The notes under the pieces were generated by a model. It searched no databases. It saw only the letters and a program-made list of their open reading frames with translations, and was not told the origin of the DNA. The position numbers and the translations under genes were made by a program. A DNA stretch of 64,000 nucleotides from Marsupella aquatica. Taxonomy: Eukaryota; Plantae; Marchantiophyta. Position 1 is the first letter of the stretch. Every line of letters begins with the position of its first letter. The stretch spans positions 19,038,857-19,102,856 of the forward strand of contig OZ316893.1 of the NCBI GenBank assembly GCA_973895155.1, read 5' to 3'. Positions 51,800-64,000 of the stretch are shown here, piece after piece.

Positions 51800-52740
51800 G
51801 GTCTCCACTCTCCAATGTCCAACATAAAGAGGCGGCTGAATTTAAACATTTTGGAAATTTCTCCAGGATGACAAAAAATTAGGTGAACAATTCCATCGAA
51901 AGAAAAACATACATTGCAGTTAGTTGACACTTTTTACTGTACTGATTGTTGCCAATCTGAGCTGAACAGTAGCATACGCACTTGGGCTACTGTGGATGAC
52001 AACACATTTTCAGTTGTATACGCGGTTTGGAGGAGACTTGGCATTCTGGCATGCCGAGAGCAAATCCAGCCCAGCAAGCAAGCAAGAACAGTATGGCATG
52101 GCAAGGATCTGGGATTCTGGGCAGCTGATTGCGGTGAACTGGTAACCACTAGAGAAACGAAGAAGTGGTACTGTACATTGAAGACGAGACCATGTCTTGT
52201 AGATAGAGGACGAGAATTTTCGCGATTGCTTGCGTATGTACAAACGAAGATGGAATGATTGGTGAGCACCTCATCGAGGTTCAAGTGCGAGAGCAAAAGC
52301 TACTAATAAGTGGGAAACACCTGGTTTATTCTCTTCGAGAGTTGAAATACGTTGAGTTGCATCGGGAATGCACATTCGTGACACTAAGGAGGACCCCACC
52401 CTCACAATCATCAGACCAATGACACAATGAAGGCATGGCGAGACAATGATGTAAAACCACCATGGGACCCAAACCATAACCGCTTCGTATGTGTGGGTTG
52501 ACATTGTTCGTTGAGGGCTGGGCTTCTCCAAGGCCCTGTCCAGACCAAGAAGGGCCCACGGGGACAAGAGGCTGAGAGAGGACGACAGTTCTCAAAAGGG
52601 GCTGGGTCCATCAAATCATTGTGTGGGCTTGTCTTATGCTATTGGTTTGGCTATGAGTCACTTTCCCCTAAGCTGTGGGAGTACAAAGTGGCTATTTGCC
52701 CACTTTATTTATTTATTAATAATTTTTTATTAAGTATGGT
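51800..52740 (+). mobile_element. Possible highly degenerate L1 3' end
   Basis: The ORF at 51914 has VVYAVWRR in a context like the post-zf-RVT region of the L1 at 28454, followed by a G/T-rich 3'-UTR-like tract. Boundaries approximate. Confidence 0.3.
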
Positions 52741-52785
52741 ATCCTGGATTCTCCAGGTTTGTTTCGTGGACAATGCTATTTGATC

Positions 52786-55391
52786 GAGAGATATATTTAA
52801 TGGACCTCCAAATGTAACTTTTGTACTAACCAAAGGATATGGACTCTTTCCCGGTGGACCTTTGGGCCCACCAGAGGTACCATTTCATGTGAGATGTCCT
52901 TATAATGCAAGATTGTCATTGTAAAATGATTCAGGATGAAAGACAAGATCATATGTTTTTGCCACCCACTGCCCGCACTTGCTGTCCAAATTTTTTTCAA
53001 AGTCACATTTTTTTTAAGTGTGACTAGAGTGTGAATGATCCCCACTTTTGGGTGGGGTGACTGACACACCTTTTGTTGCTCACCAGATTCTAACCTGAGA
53101 CCTGTTGTATCCCAAAGGAGCTGCTCTACCATCCAGCCTTGGGGTAATTGGTGTCGAGGCTGATTCGCTCCAGGTATTTAATCACATACTAACGTCAAAG
53201 ATACTGGACAGCAGGCAGTCACATACGGGGCTAATCAATGCTAATCACATTGATTAGCCTCGATCTTGCCTTTCGTTCTTAATGTAAAATGCAGCATGTT
53301 CTATACTTCATCAATTCCATGTGAATCAATGCATTGACATTGTATACATTGACAACAATGCATACAAACATCAACCATAGTGTCAAATAAACCATACACC
53401 GTGCCGTCTGACTACAACACAAAATCTCGCGATTAGATCATGTATACATTGACAATAATGTATACAAAGACCACGATGATGGATGAACCAGGCATCATGC
53501 AACCACAACATATACAAAGTGTTGTATACATTGGCATACATGTATAACAAATATATTATATTATATATAATAATGAACCAATTTAGTGTTTGAAGTAAAC
53601 CAGAGCGAAGATGCGTACAAGCTAAATATACATATATCTTGAACCAAATATACATATATCTTGAACCAAATAGATTCTTCACAATGTATTCAAAGGAGGA
53701 CCCACCAAATCATTTACATGTTACAGAACTTTTGCTCATTCCTGTCATTTTACACAACAGTTTATGCACATGCTCTGCGCATGAGCTCACACGGCAGGGT
53801 CGTGAGTGTTTTCACTCCCCTAATGTGTACAGTATGCTTAGAGGGAGTGTGTCAGACATGGAGGACAAGGAGTCAATACATTTGTGGACCAGAGGTGATG
53901 TTTGGGAGATCAATGTCCCCTATCATGAGAGGGCAAGATCTCAAGACACACAAAAATGTCTGAGGGCTGGAAAGAATGTTGAGGACCCCCCCAGGATATA
54001 TTTAGGAGCGATTGGCAATATCAATGCATATTAATGTCAAAATCTGGTATGGCTAGAGAGATTGTTGCCCGCTGCCCGTTGTGTCGCCCGACCATAGCAC
54101 TGATATAATTACACCAAACTAGACCTTCTATCTGTGCAGCAGATGTTGGTTCAATGGTAGTAGAGCAAAGTTGGGCCCAACAGGTGTGGAGTTCGAATCC
54201 TGCTGGACACGCACCTATTTTGTAACAAACCCCCAAGCAAACCCCACCCACAAGTGGGGTTCATTCACCACCTTTGACAATTAGATTGTTTTTTGCAATT
54301 GCGCCTTTTCTCGGGCAGTAGAGTCATGGGGAGGTCATGGGCAAGGAGCTTGCAGGGCTCATTAATGAGCCTCAAAATTGTCATTCAAGATGAATCAGGA
54401 TATTGGATGGCATAACTCCCGAAGAAGGTGCAATCTCAAGGGTTTCACTTCCACAAAAATGACACATCACGTGCGACGAAGTATAGGATCATTTTATTGG
54501 TTCAAAGGAAAGACTTAAGAAGTTTATGAGAATAACAATAGAGTCTTTTAAATCAAATTTTGAGACTTATAAGAACATTAGGGTACTCTCAAGATTGCAA
54601 AGAAAAGAGGAGTACGCCATGCTAAGGTGCCCTAAATGATCAACATATCAGGCGCTGATGAACACATCAAACTATTACTTATAACCAAAATTTTGGAATA
54701 TGGAATATTCCAACTTTATAGGGGTTGAAATTTTTTTTTCTTACATTTCAGGGGGTCCGAGGCCTAAAACGTCGCAGGTGATGGGGAGGCATCCATATAG
54801 TGAGACCCCCAAGGGTACAATAAAGCACACGCACATTTGAATTTTGAAAATTTCTTTAATAGTTGTGTACACTATGGACAATGTCTTCATATAAGCAAGG
54901 AGGTTGAAGGTGCTACGGCACTTGCAAGCTCCAATGCGGTTGTGAACTATTTCCTTTGTATAATGAATATTAAAGTGACAATTTATTATAAACAGCTGAG
55001 AGGCCGGGGCACAAAGGCTCTAATGTCGCCGCAAACTTGATCATTTTTAGCTTGAATACAAAAGCCATATAATTGTATTAAAGAAAACCAGGAAGCCATG
55101 GAGCTGCGGCGCTTCAGTGCTCCATTGCGGTTAGGGGCTACAAAGCTTGCACGATCCATACACTGCATAGTTATTGTTGGCCTACTACACACTACCAACC
55201 ATGGTGTCCACAAGGTACTTAGTGAACCTGAACTGTGTGGTAAAAATTTCACAAAAACATTGTTGTATAGAGTGGGCCCCGAGGTCCATTGGGAGTGAAT
55301 CTGAAACTTTAGGTCCACTGGAAGAGAATCTGCATATTTTGGTCTGTTAAGTAGAAAAATTACATTTGGAGGTACATTAAATATATCTCTC
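52786..55391. mobile_element. Non-autonomous Mutator-like element (MULE), 2.6 kb
   Basis: ~75-bp imperfect TIRs (GAGAGATATATTTAATG.ACCTCCAAATGTAA...GTGGACCT) flanked by a 9-bp TSD, TATTTGATC (52777-52785) / TATTTAATC (55392-55400). Confidence 0.85.
54139..54215 (+). mobile_element. tRNA-derived SINE head or tRNA pseudogene inside the MULE
   Basis: Pol III A box TGGTTCAATGG (54147-54157) and B box GAGTTCGAATCC (54189-54200) at tRNA-like spacing. The cloverleaf is not intact. Confidence 0.55.
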
Positions 55392-58337
55392 TATTTAATC
55401 AAAAGTAGCCCACGTACCCTTGTTTATGCACAAGAAAAGTTCCTTGTGCCCACAGCATACCCAGAACTAGCAAAACATAGTCTACATGTCACAATTTTGT
55501 CTTGCTAGAGAATTACAGCCGATTGTTCATGTACAACATCATCATGAATGGTACTGTAGATTTCTAAGCGAATTATAATTTAGCTCTAGTCTAAATTCAA
55601 ACTATGCACATACCCATTTCTTTATGGCACATTCATACTTTTAACGTTTCACTCGATTTTTCTTCTGGGAGCTATTGCCTCGTTCCTGGAAGTTACGTTT
55701 GTGGGGTCCTTTCCCCTGATCCCCAAAAATATTTAGATTTAATGAAATTGGACTAGTATGGGGTGTCTTCGATGTGTCACCTCTCCCCAAAAAAAAGGGG
55801 AAAAAAGGTATTTAGTCACCTCGCCAACTTATCAGCCTCACAGCCGCATGCTGGAGGGGGCCAAATCATAGTTTAGGGGCTCTAGGGAGCATTGGAGTTG
55901 CTCAAAAGCGATGGGCCCTGCAGAGGAGGAGCGGGTAATGAACAAGACAAATTGCGCTGTTCCCAAATTTCGACAAAACTGGAGCCAGAGCAGAAGTGGA
56001 GCATTTCAGCCCTGGGTCTGGACCATTATATTAACAACTTATATTGAAGGAGCGCCGTGCAGTCTTGAGGGTGGGCCGGGCAATACACTGCGAACCATAC
56101 CTTTTCCTGTGGTGGTTTCGGCCCAAACGGGTGAGACATGCCCATGCTGATGGCACTGGTGGGGCTTCATATAAAGCTCGGTTTAGAATTATTATGTACC
56201 GTAGGATAGGAGTCCTGCCTGGCATTGTGCAGTAGGCTGTCATCTTTTGGATTGAATTTGATTTCCATGGAAAAACAATCGAATCATGGAGTACAGTGTT
56301 AGGCTGCCCAAGTTTAACAGGACCATGACCCTAAAGGTACTGGTGGGGCTTCAACCAAGGCTTGGTTACATGTAGTAGTAGGCTGCCCAGGTCCTACACA
56401 TGACGCCAAACGATGTGAAAACGTAGCGTGGGCTAAGCGCGAAGCGCAGGACCATAGGATATACGAAGAGGATAGGCAATCCACATGTGGGAGGCTCAAT
56501 TCCCAAATTTAGTGATCAAGAGTCGTTGAACAAATCTGGGAGACGGCAAAAAGTAAGGGAGGGTCCTCCTCCTATGATTGGGAATAAAGCTTGCCGCTGT
56601 TCAAGGAAATGGAAAAATGTGTTTAGGATGCCATCTACACTTCACTACAGTAGACTACTAAGCTCCCCTCCAACCGACAAATGTTTTGTCGCTTAGGGTG
56701 CCAAATGATGAGAGGATTATTCACAATCGTGTAGAACGTTGACATGGTTTTGGATATTTACTTAAACGCATGCAATTGGATCCCAATTATTAGACGTGGC
56801 GAGTGAGATACACAATTCTAATAAAAAATTGGATGTTATTCAGTAGGAGTGCCACTGTTTGTAGCGAGCCTTCAATTTGCTCATCGTCGCTCCCTAACCA
56901 AGCAAAAAGGTTGGACACTGAATTCATTGATTATAGATTTTAAGGTTAGTCATTAAGGGCCCCGCGACACTGTAAAGGGAGCAGGTGACTTTTGCTTGGT
57001 CATTGCCTTGCCATAGTGCTACCGATAGTCTCGTTTCCCCATAAAAGTTGACACATCCAAAAAGAATTGGGCCCTCTTCAGGACACACAATGCTTTGTTT
57101 GTCTTTTATGCACCACGTTGTGGGTGCCACTTGGTGTTATAAATTGTTTAGCAATTAGCATACAGTACACTCGAGAACAAAGCAGCCAAATCTCCAGCTC
57201 CTCCTGACTGTCCTTGTGATTGCACACCTTTTCTCACTAGACCTTAATTTGTCAGGCTCCTTTTCGGTTATGAATAAAACTGGATAAATTTGCTTCATTG
57301 GCCCTTTGGGCTAAAAAAGTTGCTTGTGGGGCCCACAAGTCCCCATTCCCTTGATGGGCCCACTTGGTCATTGCTCCTATGAGAAGTTATTGTGGGAAAC
57401 TTGGGACGCCTTCATCATCCATAGGGGTGATGCAACTGCAAAACCCTGGTAGCAGTGTCTAGAGTCATTGAGAAGATAACAAGTCCTAGTCAACGTTGGC
57501 AGCTTGATAAATCGACTAATCAGAGTGTCTTACATAATCATGTTGTGAGCATGTGTTAGTTCCAAGCTCTCAGATGCACAAGTCAAACCGTGAAGTGTGG
57601 AAGTTGGGACGTTATGTGCCAACTTGTTCGGTCTCAAACTCTGTGTGCCACTTTGTTATGACTCTGATTCTTTCTCTAAATTCTATTTAGGTAATCATTT
57701 GCTTAACCTTTTGATGTTACCCGTGTCACAATTTACGAATTCCCTGGTAACTAGGAGCAAAAACAGATTCAAGTTCAAGTGGAAAACATGCTTTTGAACT
57801 ATGATTGCATAACGTGACTTGCAGCTCATAAGATCTGGGACAAGTAGGGGAAAAATGGATTCTTTCATTGCTCTTGAGCATTCTCATTGTCTGCAGTGTC
57901 GTCAGGAATTATTGGATGTTACTTTTTGGGTCAGAATTCACTTTGGATGAATGAAACAAAGTATTTGGTTCTTCTGACTGGTGTAATTGGTATATGGGAG
58001 AACCTGCCCACTACAGTTGTCCTCTCTTGCAGAGCCCAGATTGGTCACCCTGACGTAAGGGACTGCAAATCACCAGAGCTGGGAAAAAGAGAGAAATATA
58101 TACATACATCACACTGGCAAAAAAACAAAAGGCTCGCACTTGGGACAAACTATCCCACATGCCAATAAAGGGGAGGCAACATTTAAGGGAACCAAAGAGC
58201 CCAATAGCCCAATAGCCCAATAGCCTGAGAGTCCCCAGCAAAAGTCCCTCACAACAGCAAACGAAAGCTCAGAAAGGGATTGGCTATCACAAGGGTACTA
58301 GAAGGCAATTTGCTTTGTTTGCGTTTGTTTTTCACTT

Positions 58338-58626
58338 AATTCTTGAAATGAAATTACTTCATCCATATAGCATGCTCATCCTGGAACATGCTTCATTTTT
58401 TGTTTTTTGTGATATAGAGGTGTTCTAATTAAAATATAAACAGGACATTGACTAGGAAGACAATTAGTTATATAGCATGCTCATCCTGGAACATGCTTCA
58501 TTTTTTGTTTTTTGTGATATAGAGGTGTTCTAATTTAAAATATAAACAGGACATTGACTAGGAAGACAATTAGTTATATAGCATGCTCATCCTGGAACAA
58601 TTCTTGAAATGAAATTACTTCATCCA
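58338..58626. repeat. Complex local duplication (28-bp A, 105/106-bp B, B, partial B, A)
   Basis: AATTCTTGAAATGAAATTACTTCATCCA at 58338 and 58599; TATAGCATGCTCATCCTGGAACA at 58366, 58471 and 58577. Confidence 0.92.
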
Positions 58627-59345
58627 CAAGTGATTTGCATGGCACTTCACCCATAACCTCCCCCCCAACTACCCTACACACTCATACATGTAGTGAGAGA
58701 GGCGTCATTGTTGGTGTTTCTGTTTCTCCCATCTCCTGTTCAATTTAATCTGCCGGATTATACTATTGTGGGTTTGAGCAGCTGGCCCACACTCGGTTGA
58801 GGATTTTCCATCCTTCCATTTCCATTGCCAGCAGTTACATTCATGTGTTATGCATCAGTTAATTAGAAGGTTCTCTGTAACCTAAGTTTGGAGTGGAAAC
58901 CTTGTAACTGTATCCCTCGGACTTGCCTTGCACTTCAAATTCTCAAGAGCTTCCTCTGTGATCTACTCATGCTCTTGTCTTTGCAGATTGCTGATGTGTT
59001 TATTCTCTGGGCTAGCCAGAAGACTCAGACTGCTCTGGAGTCACCAGGTCTCTAAACTAGCAGCAGAACCTGTTTTGTTTCTAAGCCTGGATAGATTATC
59101 TTCCTCTAATCTGGATTGTGGTTTTAAGCTGTTATCCTTCCAACCTTTCAGCAGCCCTCTTAAAGTGTATTAGCTTGAAACCTGGTGGCACACTAGCAAG
59201 GCATCAAGGTTGGACTTTCTCTAATTAGGGGTGATACGTTCAGTTTTTTCCCTCCACCTGCGGCAATGGCATCACCATTTGCTTTCTTCTCATGAGTCAT
59301 TCTGACTCTCATCCTGACTTTAAATATTTAGAGTTTCATGCATAA

Positions 59346-59561
59346 CGAGCCCTATGCCAGGGCGTTGCACTGTGCAAGGAGGGTCAGGGAATTTATGGGG
59401 CAGTGGGAAGCAGATATGTGCGAGGGGTCCACATTTTCTTCATCAATGGTCAGGGAAAACAATTAATCAAATCCAATGGCTATGGATCTTTCCTGCCCAG
59501 GAGCTTTTTTGTAGTGGGACAAAGGATGAAAAAAAGCGTGATCCCTTATTATAGTTGTAGA
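59346..59561 (-). mobile_element. Mini non-autonomous Helitron
   Basis: Minus strand reads A|TCTACAACTATAATAAGGGATCAC ... GTGCAACGCCCTGGCATAGGGCTCG|T: A-T insertion site, TC start, subterminal hairpin remnant and CTCG end. Confidence 0.55.
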
Positions 59562-61012
59562 TGAAATATTATTCATACATTTGACACTAGTTTTGTCACT
59601 TGAAGACGTATTTTCTCAATCCCTTTTTGAATGTTTTTCATTTTTCATGAATCCCACTTAGAGTGTGGGACTTAAAACTCCATAACGGGCTCCATAATTG
59701 AAAGCACTGAAATGATTGACTTCCCTCCATGAAACTCTGGCACTTTCCTACCTAAGTGTGTAATTTACAACAAATTCCCCAAAACCAGTTTGAAGACTAG
59801 TGCGATCTTGGCTTTTAATACTCTGCCCCCCACAATTTCTGATGAGGTCACCAAGAAACATGGATCTTTCTTTTGTGAGGTCAATTAATACAATTCAAAT
59901 CCTCTAGAACTTAGGGGAAGCATAAGAATATCTATCAGATAGACAGGATTTGAGTAGCTTGAAGGTTAGTTTACTCAACATTGTTCAACCCCTACAACAT
60001 GAAACTCATCTTGCGAGGTGAACGTAAGGAAGCATTTATAGAGTAAACCTACTTCCTAATCTACTCAAGAGACTCTACCTTCTTTAAGCCCTACCAAAAA
60101 CTGTTGTTACTGATCTAGACCTCATTCACGTTGTGTAGCATTTTAAGAAAGATGTGCAGGACATTCTGTTTGAAGCAGAGAATGCCCTCTAATGCAGGCG
60201 AGGGAGTTCCACCTTTGAGTTAAACTATATTTAGAAATATTCTATCAGGATGAGAACTATTGCAACTCATTCCTTGTTGAGAGTAAACCCAAATAAGAGA
60301 CCCTCAGGCCAAAGGCACTTGGACATTCATTCGACAAAACAATCTCCAGGAAAGGCTTCACCTTACACAAAAGTTAATTGACTGAACAAAGTGAGGTTAG
60401 GTAATGGGACCTCACAATAGATTCTCCGTAAAGTGCCAGAAGACGGGTGAGTCATCCCTCACTTTAACTCAGTTCAGGGTGAGTTAAGGTCTAGCCTTAG
60501 ATGAAATGCTGCATGTTGGACTATGGGTGAAATTGCTATTTTGCTTCTAAAAGTGACTTGACCCTAAGTTCACCCAGAGTTCTTGTCCCATACACTTCAT
60601 CTCTGGTCAATCAGTTTTATTTTAGATCTATGTCATTTTAGTCAAATATGAACTCAGGAATCCTATCCATGCAGAACGTTTTGCATGAGGATCCTATCCG
60701 AGCTTATTATTAGTCTTGATTCTCACATGACTGGCCTTGAACTGACATTGGACAAGCTTAGTCACCCTTGACCAAACGCTGGGGAGGGAAAAAGTCCTCC
60801 CTTGACCTCCGGGGGCCCAGGGCTCTGGGTTGTGACAAGCGACGGTGCGACGGTGCGACGGTGGAGACTGGCCGTCTGGACAGTCACGCCTCGACGTCGA
60901 CAATGATAAGTGATAGCGGCCATTGACATACATTGCCAGGAAGAAGAGATGCATGTATGCAGGCATCAATGCAGTATGGTGGTGGATCAGTCATGCATCA
61001 TGAAAGCATGCG

Positions 61013-61273
61013 GTACTTTTATTGCAATACACAGACCGACGGAACTCACGGAAGGAAATGTACGTAGTATCCAGCCCAAATCATTTTCAATCAAAATCAA
61101 TTACCCGTATCATACGTATAAACGACCCAAAATACTGTACGTACCAGAATATATTTAACGGGCTTCGAGCGGGAGTACACTACGGTATCTTCCCTCACCA
61201 GTATAGTACAAGGTTGTACGTATCGTAACCTCCCGAGCACTACGACAGTATCAATACTACAGAAGTACTGTAC
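61013..61273. promoter_or_regulatory. Dense GTAC cluster (candidate SBP-box/SPL binding sites)
   Basis: GTAC at 61013, 61060, 61137, 61141, 61175, 61206, 61216, 61265 and 61270 (9 in 261 bp; about 1 expected by chance), plus 61435 and 61543. Confidence 0.55.
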
Positions 61274-63474
61274 ATTGGGGGCGTAATTACGAGTATAATC
61301 TTGGCAGTAATTACCAAATTATGGAAATGATTAGCTTGCATATTGACCGTCGACTGCATCAATCGACAGCTCGAGTGAGGGAGGACCTTTGGCTGTCTTT
61401 CGAGATAATGGGGAAGGATTGCAGTGGCACGACGGTACTGAAGACAGTCAGTGGCCGGTTCGCTTCTGATAATAATTTCGCTCCCGACCGGGCCGGGTTC
61501 GATCATCATTCCCTTCACTATTACACCTGAACTGCCACGCTGGTACGTTGCTTCACCTTTTACGCCACAAACTGGGGGACAAGGAGAGTGCACTAAGTTC
61601 CAGAGGGGGTCAGGAGGAAGGGGGAGGGACAGGACAGGAAATCCAGGACTATCTTTGAAGAATATGACGGAGTAATTGAAGAAGCACTCTGCACTTGAGT
61701 TATCGGATGACACAATATTTGACCATGTCACTCCGAAAGACCTAGTCTAGTGGTTTTGTATATCCAAAACTGTGATGACCATTTAAACCAAGGAAAGATA
61801 ATGTGAAGTATTAAAAGGCGTTTATGGTCTATCTGGGTTGCAAGGGTCCACTATGGCGTCTCAAAGTTTCATTGCTACCAATGATGTTTGACCATAAAGT
61901 GGCTATAATTATTTCACATGGTTTTGTAAAACTTGGTGTTCCATTGGTCCTACAGTGACTTATGATCATTTGATAATTCTTTTGGCCAAGTTATAGATTA
62001 TGAATTTTGGTTGTCCATAACTTTTTTTGGTGTGTTTTTTGGTCTTTGGTTGTCCCCAAGATGAACCTAGTAGTGTAGGTATGGTACATCAAATTTAGAG
62101 GTTTGAGACACCCTATTAAATTATCTGCAAATGTTGTGATCCATCCATGCTTTTTGTTGTAGACTCATCATTCTTAAGAATTCACTTTTGAATATGTCCA
62201 TTATCATGGACGAAGACACACCCACAATAGTCATTTGAGGAAGCACCAAGGTTATGTCTGATCTCTTTCTGTTCTTCGTGAATTCAACCTCATCTTCCCT
62301 ATAATAATACTTTTTCTATAGTAACCAACAGTAAACTTCATGTTCCTTTCGTGTATCTGTTTGGAAAAATTTCCATTAAGATACTGCTAGCCAAAGTGTT
62401 CAGTAAGAATATTGTCCAGTTGCCATTCGAGAAAGTAAGTTACGGTAGTGGGTATCTCTTGCTTGTCAAGTGTGCCATGCTCACCTGAATTAAATTATGT
62501 GAGGTACTTCTACACATTTGATTCCAAAAGTATTACACAACTGTTTGTGCCCAAAAACATTCCATGCACGTTTTCATTTTGTTCATCTATAATGACTATT
62601 CTTGTAAAGAAAATTGAGGAAGGACAGGCATCTTTTTCTTCATTTATTTACAAGTCTATTTTGAGAATGAAAAGGAGCTACATGTTTAGAGTTAATCTAC
62701 AGTAAAACGATACAAAGTCGGGGGGGTCACATTCCACAGTAAAGCCTCCAACTCATGACATTTGGGTTGGACCTAAAATGGGAGGGCGCCATCTATCGTA
62801 CACACGGGCTGAAGAGCTACAGCGGTGTTCATACTGTAAAATAATGGGCATGGCCCCTCCCCTTAAAAAACGCATCCATACAGTAACCTCGTCCATGCAG
62901 TCCTCCACTTTACTTTATATACCATGCTGCAAAATCATGGCATAAAGACTCAATAAACTAAGAAAGAAGAAGATATACCTGCTGCAAAATCAGGGCATAA
63001 AGACTCAATAAAGGAGGAAAGCGTTCAGGTAACGAGAAAAACGACGGTCCTCTGGTCATTTAAGGCCAGTCAACATGACCGGCTTACCCGGTCAGATGGA
63101 GTCTTGTCAGTACCAGACCCAGTGGCCTCTGGCAACATTAGTAAGTTGGTGGTGCCGCTGCAGTACGGTAACTTAGTTTAGTGTGTCATTGCTTCCGTGA
63201 TTGTAATTGAAGCTTAGGTGTGTCAGTCGTCAATTGCTTAAATAATCTAAGCACAAATTTAAACTAATCACTGGGTAATCGGATCCCGTTTGTACACTAA
63301 TCATCACTCGGCTCATCTCTTGGATTTTTTGACGAACCTAGTCGTCCCTTCCAAATTCGTCATGAATTGCGTGAAGCAGAATGGGCGGTCGATCTGATGA
63401 ATCCACGGCTGAGATTTACACAAGTGCTGATTAGGACCGAGCTGAGCCGTAGGGACCTAGGTTGTTTGTTGGCT

Positions 63475-63564
63475 GTGCCAGTTTAGTTGAGTTTGTTGCT
63501 GTGCCAGTTTAGCTGGGTAAGTTGTTGTGCCAGTTTAGCTGTGTTTGCGGTGGTGCCAGTTTAG
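63475..63564. repeat. Four GTGCCAGTTTAG cores at exact 26-bp period
   Basis: Cores at 63475, 63501, 63527 and 63553, separated by variable 14-bp G/T-rich spacers. Confidence 0.9.
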
Positions 63565-63776
63565 CCTGCCTGCCAGGTTTTGTTTAGTGTGTCCTGATTA
63601 ATTATGAGTACTTGGTTCCCTGTCTCCCGCCCGCAGCATGGTAAGTTGAATTGAATCACATGCAAATAAGTTGACTTGATTTGAATTACAGGCATCGAGG
63701 AACAATCCCAACATTCACATTCTGAAGTTTACAGTAAATATTCATTTATTGTTGTTTATTGGGTCTCATATATGTA

Positions 63777-63952
63777 CAACTCTGAATGTTGCTTCTGGTG
63801 CGCAGATATGGATAAGTGCAAATTATGCTCAACATTAGTTGGCTTATTGCTAATAGAAATGAAGACATGAGAGTGTACATATTCAACACTCTGAATGCTG
63901 CATCTGGTGCACAGATATGAACAAGTGCAAAGTTTGCTCTCAACATCAGTTG
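63777..63952. repeat. Diverged ~65-bp direct repeat, ~110-bp period
   Basis: ACTCTGAATG.TGC.TCTGGTGC.CAGATATG..AAGTGCAAA...CTCAACAT.AGTTG present twice. Confidence 0.8.
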
Positions 63953-64000
63953 TATAGGCAAGCATTACCTGTCTTCATTGGCAATTGAGCTTCCCAGTCC

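Noticed and set aside
54139-54215. Functional tRNA gene
   Set aside because: A and B boxes are present, but the acceptor, anticodon and T stems do not pair properly; kept only as a SINE head or pseudogene.
59800-60600. Possible very old L1 RT remnant on the minus strand
   Set aside because: Only faint motif echoes (YLGL, FLVG); not supportable without a profile search.
60935-60954. GCCAGGAAGAAGAGATGCAT resembles the miR408 complement, next to the GTAC cluster
   Set aside because: Pairing needs three mismatches at miRNA positions 6-10, a G-U and a bulge, and no precursor fold-back is visible; probably chance.
63475-63564. CRISPR-like repeat-spacer look
   Set aside because: Repeat (12 bp) and spacers (14 bp) are far too short, the spacers resemble each other, there are no cas genes, and the context is eukaryotic.

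Overview
Eukaryotic (land-plant) genomic DNA, most likely a bryophyte/liverwort. This is inferred from the gene and TE types, not proven. Three spliced host genes can be rebuilt exon by exon from splice sites and frame continuity. (1) A 12-exon MORC-family GHKL ATPase with a CW zinc finger and an N-terminal SPOC-like extension (5389-10668, +). (2) A 4-exon BUD20/ZNF593 ribosome-biogenesis zinc finger whose first intron is a U12-type AT-AC intron (13622-15005, +). (3) A 2-exon BZR/BES1 transcription factor with a BAM7/8-like (type-B) DNA-binding domain (45717-42480, -), lying in a long region with no other recognisable host gene. The most striking mobile element is a near full-length LINE (RTE-X-like, 17021-22279, -) with ~6 tandem 181-bp monomers at its 5' end, ORF1 and ORF2 in one frame separated by a single TGA, and a (CATTAC)n tail. 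The rest is a mosaic of L1 remnants, a Mutator-like element with 9-bp TSD, MITEs, mini-Helitrons, minisatellites and CpG-rich non-coding islands, one with a dense GTAC (SBP-box) cluster. No rRNA, intact tRNA or CRISPR array was found. All family assignments come from motif recognition by eye; no database search was run.
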